NCBI GenBank assembly: GCA_964016885.1
Contig: OZ024742.1
Span: forward strand, 264,368,001-264,432,000
Source: Eledone cirrhosa
Taxonomy: Eukaryota
DNA length: 64,000 bases
Direction of reading: 5' to 3'
In this document: positions 40,325 to 53,039 of the stretch, piece after piece
How positions within the stretch are numbered: position 1 is the stretch's first letter
How the letters are laid out: each line of letters opens with the position of its first letter
Notes under the pieces: generated by a model
Seen by the model: only the letters and a program-made list of their open reading frames with translations
Databases searched by the model: none
Told to the model about the DNA's origin: nothing
Position numbers and translations under genes: made by a program

Positions 40325-40330
<6 letters not shown>

Positions 40331-40672
40331 TTAAGTCGTTTGGAAGCCTCGACAATGCAAATGGGTAAATCTCCGGGTAACAAGATCCGGTGGTGGAGAA
40401 AGAGATGTAAGTGGTTGTACGTTGAGATGCGTGGTGTGTATAAGATGTGTAGAAGAATGAAGGAAAGAGTATAAAGGATAAAATAAAAATAACAACACGA
40501 GAGAGTGTTACCTTGGGAGAGATTTAATTGTCCCTATATATTTCGGATTTACATCCATCAACTGGGGTTTTTTCCCGGGGTGGGGGAAAGGTTGTCTGTC
40601 GGAAAGGTGCGAAACGTGTCCTCCGCTGTTTGTTGTTTTGAATATCGAGGCTTCCAAACGACTTAAAGATAT
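40325..40672 (-). mobile_element. Solo PLE pseudo-LTR-like unit with ~28-bp inverted tail and a decayed hammerhead (40532-40567)
   Basis: Inverted pair atatctttaagtcgtttggaagcctcga / tcgaggcttccaaacgacttaaagatat. Minus strand reads ccc-CAGTTGA-tgga(tgtaaa)tcc-GAAA-tata-TA-ggg. Abuts (TA)n. Confidence 0.65.
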
Positions 40673-40952
40673 TTACTTATTATTCCACAATGCTTCAAGC
40701 AAACTTCAATACTCTCTTATATATATATATATATATTTCGTTTCTGAATTTGTTTAGCAAGATTCTTTATCTGAAAACGCGTGTTGAAACCTATATTGTT
40801 ATGCATTGGGAGGGTCATGTTGCCAATAAGAAACAGACGCACCAGTTGCTTTCACTTCAATTTATTATAAATTAAATTTATAAATTTAGGAATTTATAAA
40901 TTTCCGGTTGGTTGGCTGGTTGGTCCCACAACCAGACGATTGTTCATATATT

Positions 40953-40994
40953 GTCAAGTTCTTTCGTCACACATTCTGTGACCTCTTCAGTGAC
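40953..40994 (-). ncRNA. Hammerhead motif in the PLE 3' UTR/pseudo-LTR
   Basis: gtca-CTGAAGA-g-gtcaca(gaatg)tgtgac-GAAA-gaact-tgac. This copy lacks one base at the cleavage site. Confidence 0.65.
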
Positions 40995-42739
40995 TGGGGA
41001 TTCTTTTCTTTGTTTTTGTGCCTCTCCTTTGTTCTGTCCTATGCCATCTTGCTTTTGTTGTGTACATAGTTTGCGCATGTGTTACATCCGGGTGTCTGTG
41101 TGTGTTTATATTTGTTTATTTATTTGTTTATTTACATGTTACTGGTTGGTTGTTTGTTCTATGTGCGTGTGTGTTTTCATTTTGTCCTTAATTGTAAGTT
41201 GTGATGTTGCTATTCCATTCATGTTTTCTATTTAATTTTGGTTGGAGATCATTTATGTTTATTGCCTCTGTGATTTGTCTAAACATTGCGTCTTTTCTGT
41301 GTGTAGATTCTATTTTTATTTCTATGTTCTCTAATTTACCCTTATGTTCTATTTTAGCAAGTTGGTGGAGTACAGATGAATCTTTACTATCTTGAAGCTC
41401 TCGCCAGTGTTCATTTATCCGTTCCCCTATACTACGAGCTGTCTCACCTATGTACACTATATTCTTATCTCTACATTGTCCTTCAGTACATCTTATGCTA
41501 TATACTACATTTCTAGTTTTACAGTTAATATGGGGGCTTAGTTTACAGATTATACATTTCTTATCTATACAGGGAGCTCTTTGAAAAGGGTATGTATTGC
41601 TAATAAGTGTTTTCATCGAGGTACCTGGTCTTTCTACTATCTTAATATTGAGTTTATGTTTATCTAGGGCCCTTCTAAATTTGTAAGCTAATTCACCTCT
41701 AGGGGTTGTATCGATGAACATTACACTCTGGTATTTATTGCTATCATACCATGAGTTTATTCTATTAACCTTATTCCTAGTTCTTTCTATTCTATTCCAA
41801 AATTTGCTCCTATACAAGGGGCAGGTCCCATTTGTATCATCATTTACAGTTAATATGGGGGCTTAGTTTACAGATTATACATTTCTTATCTATACAGGGA
41901 GGTCTTTGAAAAGGGTATGTATTGCTAAATTATTTACCATTTTTTCCCATTTGGTTCTGGCTCCTCTATATACTCTGATTTTATCTCTCTGATTGTAACC
42001 AGAGAACTGCATACGGTGGATGAAGTGTTGTATGTGTCTCTCTAGTTCTTTGTGGTTGCACATGCGGGACACGTTTCTCATCACCCGTACCAAATCCGCA
42101 ATCAGTATGTTGACTTTGGTATGGTCCGAAACAGCTGAGTTTCGGTGGATCAGATATTTGGAAGTCATGGGTTTGGCATAATAGGAATAGAGGATTTGTT
42201 TTTTGTTATTAATGGTATCTAACCAGAGCTCTGTGTCTAATACAGGTAATCAGAGCTCTGTGTCTAGTACAGGTAATCGATGGTTGGGAGACAGCTCGTA
42301 GTATAGGGGAACGGATAAATGAACACTGGCGAGAGTTTCAAGATAGTAAAGATTCATCTGTACTACACCGGCATGCTAAAATAGAACATAAGGGTAAATT
42401 AGAGAACATAGAAATAAAAATAGAATCTACACACAGAAAAGACGCAATGATTAGACAAATCACAAGAGGCAATAAACATAAATTAACTCCAACCAAAATT
42501 AAATAGAAAACATGAATGGAATAGCAACATCACAACTTACAATTAAGGACAAAATGAAAACACACACCTAGAACAAACAACCAACCAGTAACATGTAAAT
42601 AAATAAATAAATAAATAAACAAATATAAACACACACAGACACCCGGATGTAACACATGCGCAAACTAAGCACACAACAAAAACAAGATGGCGTAGGACAG
42701 AACAAAGGAGAGGCACAAAAACAAAGAAAAGAATCCCCA

Positions 42740-42782
42740 GTCACTGAAGAGGTCACAGAATGTATGACGAAAGAACTTTGAC
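42740..42782 (+). ncRNA. Hammerhead motif in the inverted PLE arm
   Basis: gtca-CTGAAGA-g-gtca(cagaatgta)tgac-GAAA-gaac-TT-tgac. Confidence 0.7.
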
Positions 42783-42963
42783 AATATCTGAACAATCGTC
42801 TGGTTGTGGAACCAACCAACCAACCAACCAACCGGAAATTTATAAATTTATAAATTTAACTTATAATAAATTGAAGTGAAAGCAACTGGTGCGTCTGTTT
42901 CTTATTGGCAACATGACCCTCCCAAAGCATAACAATATATATATGTATGTGTATGTGTGTGTT

Positions 42964-43058
<95 letters not shown>

Positions 43059-43074
43059 TTCCAGAATGAACAAG

Positions 43075-43718
43075 ACAAAGAGAGATGCAAAAACAGAAAA
43101 TCTTATTAGGTTCACGCTTGGGAAGAAGTGAATGAATGTTTCAGAGTATGGGACATAAGTCCTTCCTCAGCAAATGGCAAAGTTCAGAAAGAGAGGGGGG
43201 GTGTTGTAACGACGGAGGTTGGAAGGTTGACAAAAATTAAGATCGGTGAGGAAGGTAGTGATTAATCAGGTATCCAAGGCTGGGAGCCGATATGAAGAGT
43301 CCAGGTGTACTATGAGTGTTGTAGAGTGTGTGCAGATGGAGTGCATTTCGTGGGTGTGAATTATTTCTTTTGTGTATGTAAGTGTATTGATAGTAAAGGA
43401 GTGTAGTGTTAATGTTTTAAGTTGGCCGTGTTAGTATAATTAGATTGAGATATGTGCTGGAAAAGAGCAGACTAAAGGAAGATGTTCATTACTCCGTAAA
43501 ACTTCAGAGAGAAACAATAAGGTGCTGTTTTCGTATGAGGCATGAGCGCTGGAGTCCGGGAAAGGAAACGCTGACAAAAACTATGAGGTGATGGGTGGGG
43601 TGTCCGGTGGATCAGAAATCTCGGACGACCGGAGACTTTTAGCAGAGCCGGATGTACCGCAGATGCTCGCCAAACCTGTCCGCTAGTCGACGATTATTTT
43701 GTCCAATGTAGACGGTCA
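43075..43718 (-). mobile_element. PLE 3' fragment (GIY-YIG end plus 3' UTR) with hammerhead-like motif at ~43128-43175
   Basis: Minus strand encodes TVYIGQNNRRLADRFGEHLRYIR. Downstream is CTGAGGA-aggacttatgtcccatactct-GAAAC. Confidence 0.75.
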
Positions 43719-43746
43719 CGGATAGTATATATATATATATATATAT

Positions 43747-43938
43747 ATAGGAACGAGTAGGACCCCGACGGCTGAGCTCAAGCCGTTTCGACGGCTAATT
43801 CCGTCCAGAATTAGCCGTCGAAACGGCTTGAGCTCAGCTGTCGGGGTCCTACTCGTTCCTATTACCCACTCTACTACCCTAAGTATTGAGTACTTTCGTG
43901 CGTTATGGTCCACCTGGTTCCTTACCACATTTCCTTCG

Positions 43939-43940
<2 letters not shown>
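43747..43940 (+). mobile_element. PLE 3'-tail insertion in (TA)n with 55-bp fold-back centred on hammerhead stem II
   Basis: Arms at 43747-43801 and 43808-43862 with 1 mismatch. Contains ...gccgtc-GAAA-cggct(tgagctc)agctg-TC-gggg. (TA)n on both sides. Confidence 0.75.
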
Positions 43941-43977
<37 letters not shown>

Positions 43978-44492
43978 CGATGATGTGTGTGTGTGTGTCT
44001 GTGGACAAGTTTGGACAGCTAAGACTTTTACAATTCCCAACCGAATTTGACCAAATTTTCTGTGCACGTTGCACCTGTCGCTAAGTTGGTCACATCAAAA
44101 TGTTTTTCAAATCGACCCACGTTGAGCAATAAAAATCGATACCAAAATTATTTTTTTTAAAGTGCATGATGTAAGGCAGAAATCAATCAAAACAAAATCC
44201 TTATTGGACTTTCCATTCAAACTGTTGGGACCTACAACCTTTCAGCTGTAGCTTGCACATTTTTTTGTCACTCGCGACAAAATTGTAGGTGTTTATTCTC
44301 TGCACTACAAGGCTCTTAAGCGAGCATCGATTTTCTTCTAAGTCACATGCCTGTGTCAGCAAACCCATAAAAACTAAATCCTTATGGGATTTTCCATTCA
44401 AACTTAAAATTGCTAATTTTCTTCTTATACTTCCTAGCTGTATATTCTTAGCATAATTTCAAACCCCGGGCAACGCCGGGTAAATTTGCTAG
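43941..44492 (+). mobile_element. Non-autonomous Helitron-like element
   Basis: 5' (TA)n..(GT)n gtctgt..ccgaatttgaccaaattt. 3' hairpin cccgg-gcaacg-ccggg followed by CTAG|T. An internal motif repeats at 181-bp spacing (44195 and 44376). Confidence 0.75.
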
Positions 44493-44585
<93 letters not shown>

Positions 44586-44704
44586 TATGTGAAGCCGTAC
44601 ATATATATATATATATATAGATAGATACAAATAAAATATAGTTATTAACTCATATCGATACTCTGCAATTAACAAGCTAAAAGTATAAATAGTGAGCATT
44701 ATAT

Positions 44705-44882
44705 GGTGGATTGGTAGTATCGGTAGAGGGTCTGACGCCATGCTTTCCAGCATAATTATGTCCCTTTACGATCTGAGTTCAAATCCCGCCGAGGTTAACT
44801 TTGCCTTTCATCCTTACGGGCTCGATAAAATACAGTAATGCTCTGGGCAATTGTTGGCCTTGTGCCTAAAGTAGAAACAATT
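44705..44882 (+). mobile_element. tRNA-derived SINE copy
   Basis: Consensus match. Confidence 0.88.
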
Positions 44883-45699
44883 ATACTATTAATATATGTA
44901 GAAATAAACACAGTAAATTATGCGTCTAAAATTACGAGGGTACCACAAATGTTTTATATATTTAAACTGAAGCATACAGTAAAATACAGGATGTCTTATA
45001 CATACCGTATCAATAACGATTTCATCTCTCGGACAGACTAAAGATTTAATCTGTTTCGCCCTGACAATTGTGTTATATATATATATACTGTATATATATA
45101 TATATATATATATTTATTAAAATAACAGATTAAAGTTTAAGCAAAGAATCGCTGCTTTCACCCTTAACGGGATCTTCTGAGCCCTCTTTGGATTTTAGTC
45201 TTCAAATTTATTATTATTACTATATATATATATATATATGTGTGTACGGCTTCATATATATATATATATATACGCTAAGTGAAACTAATAAGACTGTTTT
45301 TTCATATATGTGTATGTCTTGTCTATTTTAAATATATATATATAGAATGTAGAGAATATATACATATATATTTCCATGGGGTGTCCTCTAGCTATAAACT
45401 ATTGTCATACCTGTATTAAATATATCGTTGATTTTATTAAATATATGATGTATTTTGTGTATGTATATATATGTTGAGAGAGAGCTGGAGATATAAATAC
45501 ACAATATAAAATCTGGTACCTCACTATCTGCTTATAGCTATCAGCTAAATTACACGTTATAACACGTAATTTAGCCCTTCGAGGAACAACTTACTAACAG
45601 CCAAACCATACAACAATAATAAGAAACTGTCCCAAGATGAATGAAATATTATTTGGTAAAGATTTGTATTGATTAAAAGTTCAGCACTGCCATGTCATA

Positions 45700-46107
45700 T
45701 AATATTCACTAATGTTGAGATTTTTTAGGGACACTTTTAAATTGACTTTGAAACGTTCCTTCTGTCCACCAACTTAGTGCTTGCCCTGACTCATCTCACT
45801 ATACAGTAGCTTTTTCGGTAGTGTGCGGTGAGACATCCTGACAATATCACCTATCTATCTGACATGTCTGACATGGGCTTTCTGTAAGAGCGGGTGGAAA
45901 AACTGGCTGCAAGCCCGTTTCAGGACTTCCAAATCTGGGACTTTGTCCCGCCACCGTATGTGGAAAGGTCTACGGAAGCATCTCGAATGAATGGTTGAGC
46001 TGTTTAGCATGTCAGTTGTATGCAGTCCATGTTTCGCGGGTGTAGTGGAGGGTGTTGCGCACTCCTGCTCGGTAGACTTCTTGAATGGGCAATGTACTTC
46101 GATGATA
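45700..46107 (-). mobile_element. RTE (BovB/AviRTE-like) LINE 3' coding fragment
   Basis: VYRAGVRNTLHYTRETWT..HIRWRDKVPDLEVLKRA..LPKKLLYSEMSQGKH*VGGQKERFKVNLK. Confidence 0.75.
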
Positions 46108-46115
46108 GTTTAAAC

Positions 46116-47312
46116 CTCAGGTTTGCAAAGTGGGCGCTACCGCCCCTCGGGGACGTTGAGAAGGTCCAGGGAGGCGCTGGGGCCTAAGGGTATGGTGGTG
46201 TGGGGGTATAGAAAAAGGTGGCGTTGGGAAGAACGGTGAGGCTGTGTCATTGCACCCATGTAAGTGCATGCGCCTGCGTGTGAAAACCTGTCTCGCGTTC
46301 TTTCTTCTGCTTAACAATTTACTTAGGGCCGGATTCATCAATGTTTCTCATCTCTAGAGACATCGGGTTGCTATCAGAACAATATACTAATAACAAGCAT
46401 TTGATGTTGCTTACATGGAGTCATTGGGCATTTGTGTGTGTGTGTGCGCTTTCAATGTGGTCAGGAATTTTATCAATAAAAGGGACATCCCACTGACTTA
46501 TATCGTAGCCTGTGCAACTGACGGAGCACCATCAATGATTGGCTGTCATCGCGGCTTCATCAGTTATCTCAAAGTCAGTCTACATGATGTCTTCACGATG
46601 CACTGCGTGATTCACTGACAGCATCTTGTAGCATAAATCCTTAGTGGTCGTCTTCACGATTCCCTATACACGGACATCGCTGCCGTGAATAAAATCATAG
46701 CTCGTGCTCAGTACTCTTGTCTGTTTCAACAAATTTGCCTTGAAAACGACAAGGATTTTCAAAACTTGCTGCTCCGCACAGTGTTGAGGTTGTTACCAAG
46801 GGAAATTGTCTAAATCGATTTTACACCTTGTTTGAGTCAGTAACGGAGTTCTTTGATAGCGCCGTCCCTGAAATTAGTGAGAGACTTAAAAGCATAAAGA
46901 ACGATATCGCGTAACTTCTCTGACTTATTCACTAAATTCAATGAAGTGAATAAGCAGCTGCAAGGAGATGATGTTAATTTCATCCACGTGAAGTCAACTA
47001 TCTCAACATTTCAAGCTGATTTGGTTATGTATAAGCGCAACATTGGACGCTGGGATTTTTTCCAGTTCCCTTGCTTTTCTGCTTTTAAAAAGGATGGGAA
47101 ACATATATATAAATATAGTAAAATAAAAAGTATATAATATTATTTATACATAGTATATATTATATTATTTATTATATATAAATTAGCGATTTTATTTATT
47201 ATATATTATTTACAATTTCCCTGTAAGCAGGTCTCTCAGGAAATAGGAGTAGGGCGCTGAGAGTATTACGTGGCCCTGATGCGGGTGGGGGCAAAAAGTT
47301 CGAGAACCTCTG
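46116..47312 (+). mobile_element. Internally deleted hAT (Buster/Charlie-type) transposon with 8-bp TSD GTTTAAAC
   Basis: ACATDGAPSMIG..HCVIH. Right TIR gttcgagaacctctg. TSD at 46108-46115 and 47313-47320 fits the NNNTANNN pattern. Confidence 0.88.
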
Positions 47313-47392
47313 GTTTAAACAAATATTGTTTATCCTGGCGCGCGCACGCGCACACACACATTCACACACACACACACACACACACACCCACA

Positions 47393-47492
<100 letters not shown>

Positions 47493-48221
47493 GTATACAT
47501 GTTTATGTTTTTCTAATTACATTTCATTCTATGCCAGTATGTATATCTATGTCTACTTTATAAAGATCGTGTTTTTTTAAAACTGTGATGGGCTTAATTG
47601 ATCAATAGTTTAAAACATTAAACTAACATTACTGCAATAACATGGACATTCAGTTAAACTTTCCTTATCCCCCTCCCCACCACCACACACCTTTTTTGTT
47701 CTCCACGACCATCTGCTTTGTATTGTTTATTTTTCTGTTTTACACTCTTTAATGATTATAAATTTCTTTTCGTTTGATTGTTTTTATACATTTATGAGTT
47801 TGTACATATGAAAATAATTCCAAGATATAGCAATATTTATAATTGTTTATACATGAGTACATAGGTATACGTGTTTTGTAAATTATAAGTATACGTATAT
47901 CTATAAGTTATTTTTATAACTGTATGTTTCTATATATTTCTGCATATTTATGAATTAAAAAAAAAACTAATAGGAAGTAACATGGTGTTAATTGTTTCAA
48001 TTAAAGATTGTCGCCTTAAAAATAAACACATTAAGATTGTTCTACGTATTCGAAATCTTACCCTCCCCCTATCTTTTATGTTTGTTTACTATTTCAACCC
48101 ATTTCTTCTTCCTTATACCAACTTACTACTCTACATTTATTTGTTTGTTTAATCAATATTATATGTCCGTATAGAGCTAGTAAGCCACGACAAACTAGGG
48201 AGGTATCTAGTACCTTCAGAA

Positions 48222-48523
48222 CAGTGATTCCCAACGTGCGATAAGTTAAATATTTAAAGGGGGAATTTGAAAATGATGTTAATGAGAACAAACTTCGAGT
48301 TTTATCTTATTACCTTTACACTCAGGTAACTTTGGTACACGTATCGGAAACTCCTACCTCACCTTCTCCACACATGTTATTGTGCATCTGACACCACCTA
48401 TACGCCAATTTGTTTACACTTTGCAGTTGATTATCGCTGTTTTCATATGAAAGTGAGGGCATAACAATTTTTGAAATGTTGCAGTATGATAGGACATGGT
48501 GCACAAAAGGCTGGGAACCAGTG
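48222..48523. mobile_element. Possible hAT-type MITE
   Basis: Imperfect TIRs cagtgattcccaac and gctgggaaccagtg. The TSD is poorly preserved. Confidence 0.45.
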
Positions 48524-49192
48524 CCTTACAGTTAAAAAAGAAAATCAAACAGACAGCGATAAAAAAGGAAAAGCCCAACGGGAGGTAAATGAAGCATAAA
48601 TAAGATAAATAAAGTGAAAAACAAGGGCAGCTATAAAGTAGCTAAAGTTTTTTGTTGTTGAATCTTTTCATAGCCTCCATGCACTCTTGTTTATAGTTGC
48701 TAGTTTTTTAATGATTAGCTTCAAGATATCCTCTCTCTCAGACTGGTAGTTTCTGCATGGGAACAATAATATAAGATAGGATCATCTTACTAAACGTAGG
48801 TGGGAAATTGCTAAAGTCACCAGAACGTTCCGGCTCTCTTCACTCTAAGTTTCTAAGTTCAAAATCTTCACTCTAAATTCAAGATCCACCAAGGTCAAAT
48901 TTGCCATATCATCCTTTCGAGGTCGATGAAAACGTACCAGTCACATCGACCCCTCCTCTTTCTCCAAGAAGAATAAGAATAAGAATTAGGCTTTGTTCAG
49001 ACTTGGAAAAGGGGCTGGGCTTCGCTAAGGATAGAGTGTTCAAGGCACGCCGCATTTCACGACACTGCTCAATGTCACCATTCGGAATTATGGGTCCATA
49101 CATGTATACTTCTTAATCAACAGTGATTTGAGAAGTCAATATCAGTAAAACCTTGAAATAAAAATTCATTATTAGTAATAACTATGATGTGA

Positions 49193-49224
<32 letters not shown>

Positions 49225-49494
49225 ACACACACACACACATATATATATGGTGGGAACAAGTAATAGAATAATATATATATTTATCACGTGTTCCAACCAT
49301 ATATATATATATATATATATATATATGGTTCTCTTCATCCATCATAAACATTAGAAAGCTGTTAATCCGGGATATGTATGCCAGTTATATTTTATACTAT
49401 CCGTTGGTTGTTTAGTCACTTTCACTTTCCCTCTGGCATAAACCTTAAACTGAAGTATCTTTTCCAATTCTTTGTCAATATTTCTATAATATTT

Positions 49495-49650
49495 CTGGTT
49501 CTTTGCGTTCTGGGTTCAAATCCCGTCGAGGTCAACTTTGTCTTTCATCCTTTCGGGCTCGATAAAACAAAGCACTAGTTAATTACTGGGGTTGATTTAA
49601 TTAATGTTGCCCTTCCACCCAGATTTACTGATCGTGCATCTAAATTAGAA
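49495..49650 (+). mobile_element. tRNA-derived SINE copy (an older copy lies at ~48790-48960)
   Basis: gggttcaaatcccgtcgaggtcaactttgtctttcatcctttcggg. Confidence 0.8.
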
Positions 49651-49949
49651 ATCAATATTTTTACGCTTTCTTCGTTTTTTTTCTTGTTATTGTTTTTCCC
49701 AATAAATATTATAACGCTGTTATAAATTGTAAATACTTTTATTTCATACATCTGAAAAAATACCGATGTATTAGGTAATTTTACCCCACCTCCACCCAAA
49801 GAATTCTAATGGAATTCAATCCTGATTAAACCGATAATTTACACATTATCGGCTCATTTTAAAAGCCTTAATAAAATATTATAAAAAATAAGGCTTAATA
49901 AAATATTACAAAAGAGAAAAGGCCTTAGAGTAACTGAACTTAACTAATA

Positions 49950-51200
49950 ACTAGGATTGGAAATCGCAACTAAGGTTTATATTAAAAACACGCCAGAACC
50001 ATATGTACCCAAACAACCTTAAATGATCACAAAATGGTATTATTAGGGACCGCTATAGCAGAATGTTAATCAGATATATGACGTCTTAGGAAAATTAATT
50101 TAGGTAAGATTGGAGGAGATGAAATTGGGAATCTACAGCAAGGTGTTATGCCTGTAGTAGTGTGATGCTGGCTCTGAAGGAAGTACAACTAGAAAAGCGG
50201 CTTAATACACAGGCTCTCATAAATTGATTTACCTATATTTTTAACAATGCTAACTTAAAATTTGTTCAGTTCCATATAATAAATTATTTTGTTTCTGTTT
50301 CTCTACGTCTACTGAATAATAAAACTATTGACTTTGCTAATTTCATAACACCTATGGATCTGTTTGACATAGATTTTATCTTGTAAGGATAGGCAAAACT
50401 CAGTTGAGTTTGCAAATTCAAATCGGATAATAATAAAAACATCTGGAGCACCTTTTGAAGTCAACATAGATTCTAGAGGTGGGGCTGTGAACACTGATCA
50501 AGCTGGCCTCTACCTGCAGTATCAACTCAATCTTAAATCCCTCATAATCAACGGAGAGTTATGTCGTGGCCATCGATGACTCGCACTATTTATAATCCAC
50601 ATTACACTGATAGAATTAGGAAAGAATTACATAATTTCTTTAAAGAATTTAATATATCCATAACTTTAGAAACTAACACTACAAACATTACCTTCCTAGA
50701 TCTTACTGTTAACCTGTCTACAAGTGTATACTATCCCTATTATATTACAAACCTAAGGAATCATTTAAATATATATATATAGCTTATCAAATCACCCTGG
50801 ACGTTTTATTAATAACTAAGTTCAAAATATATCGCTCAGATTATCGAATATCTCTGCTAATGAACAAATCTTCAAAACCTTTCTATATATTACAACGAAG
50901 ATCCTCAATCTGGAAATGGATGCATAGGAAAATTGTATCATATAACACCTTTAAATGTAACTAAAATAGGAGAAATAGAAATAGACAAATTATTGGTATA
51001 ATTCTATCTTTGGGAGAGAAGTTACAACCCTTCTGACTATAGTATTCATTTCTATTCTTAAAAAAAACTTACCCCGCAACATAGATATTACTAGATATAG
51101 GATATAAATACTGTAAATGTTATCATAGTCTCCTACAAAAAAGAAAGCTTGCCCGTAGTATAGCTTTTACTAACACGGCTAAATTAAGTCTTAAAATAGT
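49950..51200 (+). mobile_element. Old degraded Penelope-like RT of the FDVTMGS.DGAE/GLYRDD type
   Basis: APFEVNIDSRGGAVNTDQAGLYL; DRIRKELHNFFKEFNISITLETN..ITFLDLTVNL..YYPY; SNHP. Many stop codons. Confidence 0.6.
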
Positions 51201-51661
51201 TACACTGTCTCTAATCTTAATTATATTAATCCAAGTTTAGAACTCTTTATCTGAGAACAGAATATATATGCATAATCAAAACACCTAGCACTAACAAAAT
51301 TCATATCAGTCGTATGACCATACATTCGAAACGAGATGTTACCTTTATATTAATTCCTTTCGAAATCCAAACAAATAATATTAAAACTCCTTATCATCTG
51401 AAGAATATGATATAAAACGAATAAATATTTTAAAAAAATGCTCAGTCTACAATTAATGTACCGAGAAAGCCACCCAAAGTTTTTTTTTTTCCAGTGCCGT
51501 TTATTAACCTGATTACTTCGTGAAATCACAAATTTCTTAAAATCCTCATTAGCCCAAAACTGACCATTTACCCTAATAGGTATATAGATAAATATCCCCA
51601 TTTTTAATGCTTCCATCATTCTCTCTGTAACACATTATCTTGGCAACTATCTATTTTACTC

Positions 51662-51700
<39 letters not shown>

Positions 51701-51740
51701 GAAGGATACAAGTATTTGGGTGTTCTGGAGGCTGATGATC

Positions 51741-52243
51741 CTAGTTCGCGTGGGATGCCCCTCATCGCTCCTAGTGTGTGCAGTAACGGCTCGAGTGCCA
51801 TTACGTACAAGAGGGATGATAAGGAGCAACCCTGCCGGACCAAGCGCATGATGCAGAACGGCTGTGACAGGTGACCGTTCACCCTCACAACCGAGCAGAT
51901 GTGGCTGTACATCGCAGCGATCCAACCCCTGAAAACGGGCCCGAAACCGGCTGCCTCGAGGACCGCCGTCAGGTACCGATGGTCGACCCTATCGAATGCT
52001 TTGGATTGATCCAAGTTGATCAGGGCCCCACCCATGCCAGGTTCCTTAACCACCCTCTCTACGATGTATCGCATGAGGTGGAGGTTGTCATGTATGGATC
52101 TGTCCGGAATGGCGCATGTATGCGCCTCTCCCACCAGATCCTCGACGACAAGCGCCAACCTCGTTGCTAACACCTTGGCCAAAATCTTGAACTCTGCGTT
52201 TAGCAGACTTATGGGCCTGAAGTTATCGATAACATCCCCCTTG
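51741..52243 (-). mobile_element. Internal Tx1/L1 RT fragment
   Basis: NFRPISLLNAEFKILAKVLA..NLDQSKAFDRVDH..VRQGCSLSSLLY. Confidence 0.88.
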
Positions 52244-52376
52244 TAAATAAGAAAGGGTAAAATTTTGTATTACCCAATTACCAGTAAGAAAATTAGCTCA
52301 ATGTAAAATAACAAATGTATTATAAAGCAGAAATACAAAATATTAAATATTAAAATTGTTGTTTAATACATTTGAT

Positions 52377-52423
52377 TGCTGACGATCGTTTCTTCCAGAC
52401 AAGTGTCTGGGATCATCTGAGCA
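52377..52423 (-). ncRNA. Hammerhead-like motif (core CAGATGA), same family as 175-221; a deleted inverted copy lies at 52588-52650
   Basis: tgct-CAGATGA-tcccagac(actt)gtctggaa-GAAA-cgatcg-TC-agca. Confidence 0.65.
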
Positions 52424-52649
52424 TATCTAATGTTTAAACAAGCAATTACATTCCTATTCTTTAGAACATTAATTAAGATACATTATTCAAAATATTACAA
52501 TGAACAGATAGCAAAATATTGAAACGTGTTATAAAGAATGTATTACTAACAGTCAATATATCAAGCATATTACACAAAGAATGTATATGCTCCGATGATT
52601 CCAGATAGCAATTAGATGTATTAAACAAAAATTTGATTGGTTTATATTT

Positions 52650-52692
<43 letters not shown>

Positions 52693-53039
52693 AAGGTAAC
52701 GAAGATCGCTGGTATTAAGTCAACGTTCTTCTGACCTTCCACACTTTTCGTTCGAATTTTCTCCCCTTTTTTAGCCATAACTCCCGCTTACTTTTGTGAT
52801 TATTGAAGCCATGATATGTCTTTCTATTTTTCGGGCCATATTATATTTGCTTGGTTGTCGTATTCCTTTGTGTCTCATTGTCCCTTCTGTAATTTATTTA
52901 AGACAGTTACCTTGCCTTACTTTTCAGCTAATTCGTCTGATATAACGTTCTATTTTTTTTTTCTCTTTCCTGGTCATTTTTTCATGGAATATTACCATTA
53001 CGCTTTGTCTGGTTACTCTTTCCGGGGCTGCGACTAGCT

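Larger units (their letters stand above)
40795..42937 (-). mobile_element. 5'-truncated Penelope-like element (RT thumb plus GIY-YIG) with ~640-bp inverted copy of its 3' end
   Basis: ORF 41188-41817 reads CIDKKCIIC..NVVYSIRC..VYIGETARSIGERINEH..RQITEAINI..PKLN. Positions 40795-41437 are inverted at 42295-42937. Confidence 0.9.
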
